Assembly (NCBI GenBank): GCA_965277105.1
Contig: OZ255710.1
Location: 1,359,042 to 1,423,041, forward strand
Direction: 5' to 3'
DNA: 64,000 nucleotides
Origin: Spirochaetota bacterium
GTDB taxonomy: Bacteria; Spirochaetota; UBA12135; COTS27; CAXSBA01
A program made the position numbers and the translations under genes. Positions 40,977-48,977 of this stretch are shown here, in pieces (position 1 is the stretch's first letter; each line of letters begins with the position of its first letter). A model generated the notes under the pieces. That model had not been told where the DNA came from and searched no databases. It worked only from the letters and a program-made list of their open reading frames with translations.

Positions 40977-41556
40977 ATTTTTTAATCCTGTGTATATATT
41001 TTTTAGCGTGATTAGAAACCGATTTTCGCTTATCCGAGCTTAGCCTAGTGAGTTGAGGAGTAAGCCACTTTTTAAGCTGATTATCCTGCTCGGCCCAAGT
41101 AGCGAGAGTTCTCATAGTGTTATTTAATACTATCCAGTCGTGATGATTTTCTAAGTTGTTTTTTAAAATACTTTTGGCTTCCTTTATTTGGGCTGGCGTC
41201 ATTTTAGAGCTCAACACTAAAAATAAACTAGCCAAAGTCCACTGAGTAGATGCTTGATTTATCGGGGCAATGTCTTTGATCAACCTATCAATGTAAGGCA
41301 CTAACCACTCGGGTTTTTCTAAAGATACCCTTTTAAGAGCGTTGGATGTGCGCAGCCTAACTATTTTGTCTTGGCTAAAGCAGCAATTATATAATTCTCC
41401 TAACCTAGCAGGATTTTTAAAAACCATAGCCACCACCTCAATTGTCCGCCCAAGAGAATTAGGATGACCTCCTTGAAGTATTTGTTCGAATTTTTCTATT
41501 TTCATTAATGAAGAGCTAACTAAAGAAAAAATGGTAATAGTAGCATTACTAACCAT
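40966..41556 (-). CDS. Hypothetical helical-repeat (HEAT/AlkD-like?) protein encoded inside the TRAP operon
   Basis: 196-aa soluble ORF overlapping the dctM start by 11 nt and lying 7 nt after dctQ. Helical-repeat character (e.g. DWIVLNNTMRTLATWA); the family assignment is tentative. The true start may be M18 (41505). Confidence 0.5.
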   Translation of the reverse strand: MVSNATITIFSLVSSSLMKIEKFEQILQGGHPNSLGRTIEVVAMVFKNPARLGELYNCCFSQDKIVRLRTSNALKRVSLEKPEWLVPYIDRLIKDIAPINQASTQWTLASLFLVLSSKMTPAQIKEAKSILKNNLENHHDWIVLNNTMRTLATWAEQDNQLKKWLTPQLTRLSSDKRKSVSNHAKKYIHRIKKYGQ

Positions 41557-41563
41557 ATTTTAT

Positions 41564-42088
41564 TTAATCCTGGTCATTATTCAAAGAAGCTCGAATAGAA
41601 AAAGGTTTTTTTTGCCTGAAATTATTAATGTCATCAAAAAAGTTCTGAGTAGCTCGTACGATAATAAGACTCCACGCAAAAGGGGTAGCTAAATAAAACC
41701 ACCACTGCATGACGTTATTAGTGCCATCAACAAACTGAAAGTTATCTCGACTAAGGGTCACTTGCTCCCAAGTATAATACACTACAACAATGGAAAAAAT
41801 ATACCAACAAATAACATCTAAAATCTGGCAGCAAAATTGGATATTGTAAGGCAATTTAATCCTTACCTCATCAAACTTAAGATGCGTCCGATTACGAACA
41901 TTATAAGAAGCCCCCAACCAAGTAACCCATAAAAAAAGATAAATAGGAATAGTGGTACTCCAAGGGGATTGAACTTGAAAAACGTACCTTTTAATCACTT
42001 CAATAAAAATAATCCCCGCCATAGAGAAATAACAAATAAAGATAATCACTGATTCAATGTATTTATCAACAAGTTTTAAGTATTTCAT
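41564..42088 (-). CDS. dctQ: TRAP transporter small permease (DctQ family)
   Basis: 174 aa, 4 TM, positioned between P and M. Confidence 0.8.
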   Translation of the reverse strand: MKYLKLVDKYIESVIIFICYFSMAGIIFIEVIKRYVFQVQSPWSTTIPIYLFLWVTWLGASYNVRNRTHLKFDEVRIKLPYNIQFCCQILDVICWYIFSIVVVYYTWEQVTLSRDNFQFVDGTNNVMQWWFYLATPFAWSLIIVRATQNFFDDINNFRQKKPFSIRASLNNDQD

Positions 42089-42133
42089 TATTTATTATTC
42101 CTCTTAATGTTTTATTCTATTTTTATTTTAAAA

Positions 42134-43366
42134 TTAACTTTTCCACCAACGCCGAGGCTCTACGTTTTCCGCTCTAGTGCTAGCTGGAATTTCTCTAGCT
42201 ATTTTATAAATAGCATCGTAAGTATCAATTCCCAGCCCGGCCCATTTGTTGATTCGCTCTCGCCATTGTTCCCAAGGTTTAGGATTTGATTTAGGAGAAC
42301 AGATTTTTTCTGCTTTTTTAATCTCAGCTTCCGAAAGATTAGCAATCCTAACGTTGTTATTAGCAAATATTGTTCCTGGGAGTTGTGGAGTAGAAAAACC
42401 TACAGTGTTAACTAGAGCAGCTTCGTTAGCTCCTTGCACATGAACTTGCGCTAAATAAGCCGATTCCATAACCACGTCTTGTAGGGCACTGCCTAGCTTA
42501 TTAAAAGTGCTTGAAGTCATAGCCGTGTGCTCAGTACCACAAAAGAATTTTAAATTAACCGACTGAGAAACCACTGGCGACATATTCGCATAAGCCACCG
42601 CAGAAGCCCAAGTTTCCGCTCCGTCAATGAGTCCTTGTTTAAGGCCATCTAAGGTCTCTTCCCAAGCAATAGGAACAGGATTAAGCCCCATTAAACGCAT
42701 AGCAATTCTTCCTAACTGAGTTCCGGTTACCCTATTTTTTGTTCCCTTAAGGTCACTTAATTTGGTTACTAGTGGTTTCTTTTCCCATTTCAAACCTAAT
42801 TGGATTCCTCTTAACTCAGCGTGGGTAAATAAAAATTTAACCTTATGCCTTTTTTCTAAAGGATCTCTAAGAATTCTTTGGCTTTCTGGATGGTAAAAGA
42901 AATAGTACTGCGATGCCCTAGTAGGGAACATATACGCATAATCTAAAACATTTAAATAAGGGGCTCCTCCTGCTGAGTTTTGGGTAGAAGCTGCATAGAG
43001 ATCGATAATCCCTTGCTGAGCTTTTTTAACGCAGTTAAGTTGATTACAAAGCTGATTACTACCAATAAACTCCACTCGAATAGCTCCATCACTTCGCGAT
43101 TCTAAATCTCGAACAAATTCTAGACAACCAGCTCGTTCAATCAAGAGATTCCTTTCGTTAAACCCTGCTGCTCCAAATTTAAGGTTAAACTTTGCTTTTT
43201 TAGCATACCTTTTTTTATAGGTCGAGTTAGAAGCTGCTTCTAGACGACGAAAGTCAATCAAGCCACTTAACCCGGTTGCTGCTAAAGCCACCGAAGTGAA
43301 ACCATATTTAGAGACGATGCCTAAAAATTCTTTTCGAGAAATATTTTTAAATTTTTCTTGTAGCAT
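42134..43366 (-). CDS. dctP: TRAP transporter substrate-binding protein (DctP family) with Tat-like signal and about 70-aa C-terminal extension
   Basis: 410 aa; N-terminal SRKEFLGIV...ALAATG signal. The DctP core block LKGTKNRVTG...GLNPVPIAWEETLDGLKQGLIDGAE is present. Confidence 0.8.
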   Translation of the reverse strand: MLQEKFKNISRKEFLGIVSKYGFTSVALAATGLSGLIDFRRLEAASNSTYKKRYAKKAKFNLKFGAAGFNERNLLIERAGCLEFVRDLESRSDGAIRVEFIGSNQLCNQLNCVKKAQQGIIDLYAASTQNSAGGAPYLNVLDYAYMFPTRASQYYFFYHPESQRILRDPLEKRHKVKFLFTHAELRGIQLGLKWEKKPLVTKLSDLKGTKNRVTGTQLGRIAMRLMGLNPVPIAWEETLDGLKQGLIDGAETWASAVAYANMSPVVSQSVNLKFFCGTEHTAMTSSTFNKLGSALQDVVMESAYLAQVHVQGANEAALVNTVGFSTPQLPGTIFANNNVRIANLSEAEIKKAEKICSPKSNPKPWEQWRERINKWAGLGIDTYDAIYKIAREIPASTRAENVEPRRWWKS

Positions 43367-43401
43367 ATTTTTATTTATCCTTCTTTAAAATTAATTAAAT
43401 G

Positions 43402-43446
43402 ATATCTAGAAATGAAATTATTTTTATTGGATTTATTATCTAGATA
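43402..43446. promoter_or_regulatory. Two copies of a TATCTAGA(T/A)A palindrome upstream of dctP (candidate operator)
   Basis: TATCTAGA occurs at 43403-43410 and 43437-43444. The second copy is a perfect 10-bp palindrome, TATCTAGATA. The spacing is 34 nt, and the sites lie 37-80 nt upstream of the dctP start. Confidence 0.3.
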
Positions 43447-43582
43447 AAAATTGTAGTTGTGAAAACCAAGAGATTGAACTAAATAGTTAACCATGTTGAT
43501 TGTGAAAGTTAAACTAGTGTTTTTAAAAAAGCTTAACCATATGAGATATGATTATAATATAAAATAATAAAAATTAAAAATT

Positions 43583-43615
43583 TTTAAAAAAAACAATAGT
43601 TTTCATTAAAACTAT
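43583..43615 (-). terminator. Rho-independent terminator (minus strand) inside the long spacer
   Basis: On the minus strand ATAGTTTT-AATG-AAAACTAT (perfect 8 bp, 43596-43615) is followed by TTGTTTTTTTTT. Confidence 0.5.
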
Positions 43616-44192
43616 CTTAAAAAAAGCCACAAAAAATTAATAGCATCATATTTATTTTGCTTTATTTTACTAATCTTCTGTTTTTAAAGGAAAATTTAAA
43701 ACTAATTCAACCCTGCCTGAAAAGCCATTTTCCTCTAAAAAAACAGAGTTTTTTTTATTTCGGTATTTAAAGGTGGTTTTTTAAAGAGATTTTTTGTCTA
43801 TGAGGATAAATTATTTAGAGGGATTATGTAGCTAAACTAAAACACTAATAGGAGTAATTGGCTTACAAAAACTACGATATTTTTGGCTTCGTCTAGGTGC
43901 TTTCTAAAGATTTTTTCCTTTTTTCGATGAGTAAGAATCTTTTTAAATTTAAATAAACACTCCTAAAAAAAATCGGTGGGAAATAAAAACCAGCAAGAAT
44001 AATGAAAAAATGCCGGAGGATTTTTTTGTAAATTAAAAAGAGGAAAGAGTGGGATAACCAAAAAATACTAAAAAAATAACAAAAGAGAGCAAGAGAGAAA
44101 CCTAATCTATCATTTACTTTTAAGTAGCAGAGAGTAGCGATTGTAATCGGCAACTAGCTAAGAAAGTATTTTATTAAAGAAAAAAAAAGGAT

Positions 44193-44266
44193 GGGCCCAC
44201 CTGGACTTGAACCAGGGACCAGACGATTATGAGTCGCCTGCTCTAACCAACTGAGCTATGGGCCCT
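44193..44266 (-). tRNA. ileX: tRNA-Ile2 (anticodon CAU, lysidine-type); elongator Met not excluded
   Basis: Cloverleaf: GGGCCCA-TA-GCTC-AGTTGGTTA-GAGC-A-GGCGA-CTCATAA-TCGTC-TGGTC-CCTGG-TTCAAGT-CCAGG-TGGGCCC-A. The D-arm to anticodon segment and the T-arm closely match E. coli ileX as I recall it. G1-C72 excludes an initiator tRNA. Confidence 0.7.
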
Positions 44267-44300
44267 TTTACTAAAAATATAATTGTACTATAAACTTGGG

Positions 44301-45194
44301 TTAAAAAAAAATATCTTTTTTCTGATAAATGGCTTCGGCTTTTCTTTTCAAAAAGGTATTGACAAAAGCAAAATCTTGATTAACTCGGGGATTAAATGTA
44401 GCAATTTTTTGATAAGTCTCCTCAAAAGCGCTATCATCGGTTGATAAAATACTAACAAACCTTAAATAAACAAAATCGCTAATGAGCGACTTCCCTTTGC
44501 CTAACTGACTAGCTTTTTCATAGTACTGTTTAGCCTTATCTGGATCCCCGCCTAAACTTTTCACTCTTCCCCCATAATAAGCAATTAAAATAGCATAACT
44601 AGCCCCATAAAGATAATCTTCGTCAATGGCAATAATTCGCTCGGCTATTTGTTTCATGGTTTCTAGATGGGTAAGCCTTTCCGTCTCACTTAAGTCGTTA
44701 AACAGCCGCATCGCCCACGCAAAATTAAACCAAAATAAGGTTTCCACGTCCTCTTTTTTAGCCCGAGCAAGAATTCCAGTAATGTCTTTTTTTTCAATCA
44801 CTCCTTCTCGAAAACCCGGTAGCTTTTCTTCTAAAGCGATTATCCCATAATGAGTGGCCTTGTCGTAAAGATAATTTACCCTAGCTATTTTACTCTCCGC
44901 TTCTTCATCAAAATCGCTTAGTGGGGTTTCATCGATATAAGCAAAAGCGTAAGCCGAATAAAGGAGGGTTAATTTGCTTGCGTAATAATAATAATTAGGG
45001 TAGTAATAATAAAGGCTCTCAGCGAATTTGATAGCAAAGGGAAGAGTAGCTGAGACGATGGCTTCTTCTTCTTCGTTTAAGACCTGCTCTTGCATATTAT
45101 CCACTACTGGCTTTAACTGCTTGGCCACCGTTAGCCTTAAAGAGCAGTTAGTCAAAAAGAGCAATAAAAAAAATAAGACTATCTTCTTATTCAC
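44301..45194 (-). CDS. tatT: TatT-family lipoprotein (TPR-like T component associated with TRAP transporters)
   Basis: 297 aa; lipobox LFLTN|C; pattern typical of PF16811-type proteins (...LFWFNFAWA..., YGASYAILIAYYGGRVKSLGGDPDKAKQYYEKA). GTG start. Confidence 0.65.
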   Translation of the reverse strand: MNKKIVLFFLLLFLTNCSLRLTVAKQLKPVVDNMQEQVLNEEEEAIVSATLPFAIKFAESLYYYYPNYYYYASKLTLLYSAYAFAYIDETPLSDFDEEAESKIARVNYLYDKATHYGIIALEEKLPGFREGVIEKKDITGILARAKKEDVETLFWFNFAWAMRLFNDLSETERLTHLETMKQIAERIIAIDEDYLYGASYAILIAYYGGRVKSLGGDPDKAKQYYEKASQLGKGKSLISDFVYLRFVSILSTDDSAFEETYQKIATFNPRVNQDFAFVNTFLKRKAEAIYQKKDIFF

Positions 45195-45212
45195 AATTAT
45201 CTAGATTCCTAT

Positions 45213-46151
45213 TTAAGGATTTTTTTTTCGCAGCTCCAAAGGGAGGGGGAATACCACGTTTTCTTCCCGGACGTTGATTTCTCTAACTCCTGTAATTTTA
45301 AAATTTTTCTTTAAAAAGCTAATGACTTGCTGAACGAGAATTTCGGGAGCGGAAGCGCCTGAAGAAATGCCTATTTTTTCTTTCCCCTTAAGCCATTCTA
45401 TGTCTATTTTCTCAGGATTATCAATTAAATAACTAGGGATATTATACTTTCCGGCTAACTCCTTTAAGCGGGTGGAGTTGGAGCTATTACTCGATCCGAT
45501 AACCAAGAAAATATCAACGGCTGGGGCTATTTCACTAACGGCCTCTTGGCGGTTGGTAGTGGCGTAACACAAGTCACCACTCTCCGGGCCTACGATTTTA
45601 GGGTATTTTTTTTTTAAAGCAGCAATAATCCCTTTGGTTTCGTTTATCGAAAGGGTGGTCTGAGTGGTATAAGCTAAGAGATCATCGTCTTTAAAAGGGA
45701 GCGTTGCCACTTGCTCCTCGTTTTCTACTAAAGTCACTTTCCCTTCGGCTATTTGCCCCATCGTGCCGATAACTTCGGGGTGGCCTTGATGGCCAATCAA
45801 AATAATATGATGGTCTTTTTTATGGTGCTTTAAAACCGAAAAATGCACCTTTTTCACCAAAGGGCAAGTCGCGTCAATGATGTGTAAATTTTTGGCTTTG
45901 GCTTCTTGATAAGTGCTGTTAGAAACCCCATGAGCTGAAAAAATAATCAACGAATTATCTGGGACTTCCTCAATTTCTTCAATAAAGCGCACCCCCTTTT
46001 TCTGCAGAGATTCCACGACAAATTTATTATGGACAATTTCGTGTTTCACGTAAATGGGGGCTGGGTGCTTTTTTAGCGATTCTTCAACAATGGTAATCGC
46101 TCTTTCTACTCCCGCACAAAAACCTCGAGGATTAGCAATAATTATTTCCAT
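45213..46151 (-). CDS. ispH: 4-hydroxy-3-methylbut-2-enyl diphosphate reductase
   Basis: 312 aa; motifs NPRGFCAGVERAI, SAHGVS, DATCPLV.KVH and three conserved Cys positions. Confidence 0.95.
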   Translation of the reverse strand: MEIIIANPRGFCAGVERAITIVEESLKKHPAPIYVKHEIVHNKFVVESLQKKGVRFIEEIEEVPDNSLIIFSAHGVSNSTYQEAKAKNLHIIDATCPLVKKVHFSVLKHHKKDHHIILIGHQGHPEVIGTMGQIAEGKVTLVENEEQVATLPFKDDDLLAYTTQTTLSINETKGIIAALKKKYPKIVGPESGDLCYATTNRQEAVSEIAPAVDIFLVIGSSNSSNSTRLKELAGKYNIPSYLIDNPEKIDIEWLKGKEKIGISSGASAPEILVQQVISFLKKNFKITGVREINVREENVVFPLPLELRKKNP

Positions 46152-46187
46152 GGTAAAAATTATAGTATGTAGTCAATGGCTATTAAA

Positions 46188-46778
46188 TTAAAAAGAAAAA
46201 TTTCCACTATAGAAAGCCCACCCATATACAATATAAACGACTACTAGTAAAAAGCAAGTGACGCCTACGATTATTGATCTTTTTCTTAAAAAAACAATAA
46301 TGGAGCATAAAACCGCCAACAGAACTTCAAAGACAACCACCCCTTGAGCGTGATGATTGACATCCCAGTAGGAAAACGGGCTCAGGTATTTCCAGTTAGA
46401 AAAAGGGAAAAAGTAACTATAAGCATCATCGTGATGAAAGGAAAAATCCAACAAGATATGGAGGAGCATACTCCAGATAAAAAGTAGAAAAAAATGTTTA
46501 AGCGAGCCTCGCAAAAAAAAGTAAGTGCCAATAAGAAGCAGAGCAATAAACGGTAAGGAATTAAAACTACTGACAATTACTTGCCAGTTATCGGAAAAAT
46601 AAATTTCCCCCCAAATAATTGATTGGGGAGTTTTTTTAATGAATCCTTCTATCATCACCAATAAAAAAGCTGGAAGGTCGGGGAAGATGGAACCTAAAAA
46701 AATAGGGAAAACTCGGTTGGGATTCCCTTTTTTATCTAAGACGGCTAAATTAACAATAATATGAGTAGGGGTATTCAT
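46188..46778 (-). CDS. Membrane-bound metal-dependent hydrolase-like protein (YdjM/DUF457-like)
   Basis: 196 aa, multi-TM, N-terminal MNTPTHIIVN and His-rich internal motifs (LLHILLDFSFHHDD). Confidence 0.45.
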   Translation of the reverse strand: MNTPTHIIVNLAVLDKKGNPNRVFPIFLGSIFPDLPAFLLVMIEGFIKKTPQSIIWGEIYFSDNWQVIVSSFNSLPFIALLLIGTYFFLRGSLKHFFLLFIWSMLLHILLDFSFHHDDAYSYFFPFSNWKYLSPFSYWDVNHHAQGVVVFEVLLAVLCSIIVFLRKRSIIVGVTCFLLVVVYIVYGWAFYSGNFSF

Positions 46779-46833
46779 AAAAATTATTAACTCAAACGAT
46801 ATTAACTTTTTAAATTATAAAAATTATAATAGT

Positions 46834-47268
46834 TTATAGTAGATTAGCTTTTTTGAAGCTGAAGTTGGTTTCTCCAATTATAATATGATCAACTAGATTA
46901 ATCTCGAAAAAAAGTAACCGATCTTTTAAAAGATGGGTGGAGTAAATATCTTTTTCGCTAGGAATGGAAAAACCGGAGGGATGGTTGTGGAGGATGACAA
47001 TGTTACTAGATTTTTTTAAAAAGCATTCTTTTAATATTTTTTTAGGCTGGACAATGACCTGGGTCTTACTACTCTCACTACTTGCTATTTTTTTTACTGC
47101 AATGATTTTAAAATCATCTGCTAATAAAATAAGGTAAAACGTTTCTACCTTGGCTTTTTTTAAACAAGCAAAAGCCGCAAAAATCTCATCGTAATTTTCA
47201 AAAAAATTGACCTTTAATTTTTTTAAACAAGAATTCATTTGGTTGCCTTTAACTTTTATTAAAGACAA
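46834..47268 (-). CDS. RadC-like JAB/MPN domain protein (short form)
   Basis: JAMM motif ILHNHPSG...PSEKDI and DHIIIG. It lacks the usual N-terminal HhH region. The track start is TTG; the ATG at 47238 is more likely. Confidence 0.7.
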   Translation of the reverse strand: MSLIKVKGNQMNSCLKKLKVNFFENYDEIFAAFACLKKAKVETFYLILLADDFKIIAVKKIASSESSKTQVIVQPKKILKECFLKKSSNIVILHNHPSGFSIPSEKDIYSTHLLKDRLLFFEINLVDHIIIGETNFSFKKANLL

Positions 47269-47558
47269 AAGAGTTTGGGCTTTTTATGAAAAAAATTGAA
47301 GAAGAAAAAGGTTATCGATATTGAGTATAAAAAGTTGTTTTAACTAAAAGTTAAGTTTGAAATTTAGAGTAAAAGCCGTTAGAAAAAAAATATCTTGGAT
47401 TAGTTCTCTGTGGGCCCTCACGATTCAAATTTCGTTAGTTTAAAATTATCTTAAAAAAATTATTATACCCAATACCATAACCTTTTTAAATTATACTATT
47501 TAAGAAAGGAGAAAAAGTTTTAATTTATTGCTAGGTTATTGAGCTATTTATATTTTTT

Positions 47559-48977
47559 TTATTTTTTTCTTTTAGGGACAAACATATGAGTGGCCATTCC
47601 GTGGAGATTTTCAGCTGCTTCCATAAAGGTTTCGGATAGGGTAGGATGGGCGTGAATGGTAGCCGTAATGTCTTCTCGAACTGCTCCCATTTCTAAAGCC
47701 AAACCCCCTTCTGCGATAAGCTCACCTGCGTTAGCCCCCACTATAGCTACCCCTAAAACTCGTTCGTTTTTAGGATGAAAGAGTATCTTAGTAAGGCCTT
47801 CTTTTTTGTTCATAGCAGTGGCTCGACCAGAAGCCCCCCAAGAAAAACTGCCCACTTGGTATTCAATGTTCTTAGCTTTAGCCTCGTTTTCTGTAAGGCC
47901 AACCCAGGCTACTTCTGGATCGGTATAAATGACATTAGGTATGCCGAGATTATCGAAAATAGTTTTTTTACCAGAAATGACTTCCACCGCCACATGCCCT
48001 TCTCGGCTGGCCTTGTGAGCTAGCATAGGATTCCCTGCCACGTCGCCAATGGCAAATATATGCCCCAGGTTCGTCTGCATTTTTTCATTAACCACAATAA
48101 AGCCTTTCTCATCTATTTTTAGATTAATCTTATCAATTTTCAAAAGCTCACTTTGCGGACGCCTGCCGATGGACAAGAGGACTTTATCAAAAATCTTAGT
48201 AGTTTCTTGCCCTTTACTTTCATAAACGGCTTCCACTTTGCCTTTTTTGACGGCTAAAGATTTTACCTTAGTGTTTACCATGATTTCCTTAAAAGACTTT
48301 TTTAATTTTTTTTCAATTACTCGACCAATGTCTTTATCCAATCCCCCAGCAATCTGCCCCATAGCCTCAATCACCGTGACCTCACTACCTAGCCCAGCAT
48401 AAACCGAGCCCATTTCTAAGCCAATTACTCCTCCTCCTATGATTAAAAACTCCTTAGGAATATCTTTTAGCTCAAGAGCGTCACTACTGTCCATAACTAA
48501 TTCGCTTTTTAAATCAAAAACTGGAGGTATTATCGGTTTTGATCCAGTAGCAATAATCGCGTATTTGAAAATTAGCCTTTTTTCTTCTGTTTCGGTTTTA
48601 ATTAGCAGATTATTTTCATCGATAAACTCTGCTATCCCTTGAATGGTTTCCACTTTACGCATAGTCGAGAGCTGCTTTAATCCTCCCGTCATTTTTTGAA
48701 TAACGGAGTCTTTAAATTTCCGCACCTTAGCTAAATCTATCTTGGGCTGACCAAAATCAAGACCATTTTCTTTCATTATTTCTACTTCTTCTTTCACTGC
48801 TGTCATATGAAGCAAGGCCTTAGAAGGGATGCACCCAACGTTAAGACAAACCCCGCCTAGTTGGGGAAATTTTTCTATTAAGGTTGTCTTTATTCCTAAA
48901 TCAGCAGCATAAAAAGCAGCCGCATAGCCCCCTGGCCCTGCACCAATAACAACTAATTCGGTTTCATGTATTTTCAT
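47559..48977 (-). CDS. lpdA: Dihydrolipoyl dehydrogenase (E3)
   Basis: 472 aa; GAGPGGY, redox-active GGVCLNVGCIPSK, and HAHPTLSE. Confidence 0.95.
   Translation of the reverse strand: MKIHETELVVIGAGPGGYAAAFYAADLGIKTTLIEKFPQLGGVCLNVGCIPSKALLHMTAVKEEVEIMKENGLDFGQPKIDLAKVRKFKDSVIQKMTGGLKQLSTMRKVETIQGIAEFIDENNLLIKTETEEKRLIFKYAIIATGSKPIIPPVFDLKSELVMDSSDALELKDIPKEFLIIGGGVIGLEMGSVYAGLGSEVTVIEAMGQIAGGLDKDIGRVIEKKLKKSFKEIMVNTKVKSLAVKKGKVEAVYESKGQETTKIFDKVLLSIGRRPQSELLKIDKINLKIDEKGFIVVNEKMQTNLGHIFAIGDVAGNPMLAHKASREGHVAVEVISGKKTIFDNLGIPNVIYTDPEVAWVGLTENEAKAKNIEYQVGSFSWGASGRATAMNKKEGLTKILFHPKNERVLGVAIVGANAGELIAEGGLALEMGAVREDITATIHAHPTLSETFMEAAENLHGMATHMFVPKRKK

Noticed and set aside
43893-44153. An 86-aa ORF next to tRNA-Ile2, possibly a small membrane protein.
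   Set aside because: It has a TTG start, no SD, and F/L/I/K-dominated sequence of the kind produced by translating AT-rich DNA. I kept it only as a possibility within the ORF-poor-region finding.
43367-44192. tmRNA, RNase P RNA, SRP (4.5S) RNA or 6S RNA hidden in the long spacers (also 47269-47558 and 53042-53434).
   Set aside because: I could not find the conserved signature strings I can recall: the GGAAAGTCC-type P4 region, the SRP GGAAGCAGCC-like helix 8 motif, or a tmRNA tRNA-like 3' end. This check is by eye only, so an Infernal scan is still warranted.
47405-47445. A tRNA-like fragment (TGGGCCC...CGATTCAAAT...) that might mark an old integration site related to tRNA-Ile2.
   Set aside because: Only the 7-mer TGGGCCC matches the tRNA-Ile2 acceptor end. 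The putative T-arm has a 4-bp stem with an 8-nt loop, and the rest does not align. No integrase is nearby.
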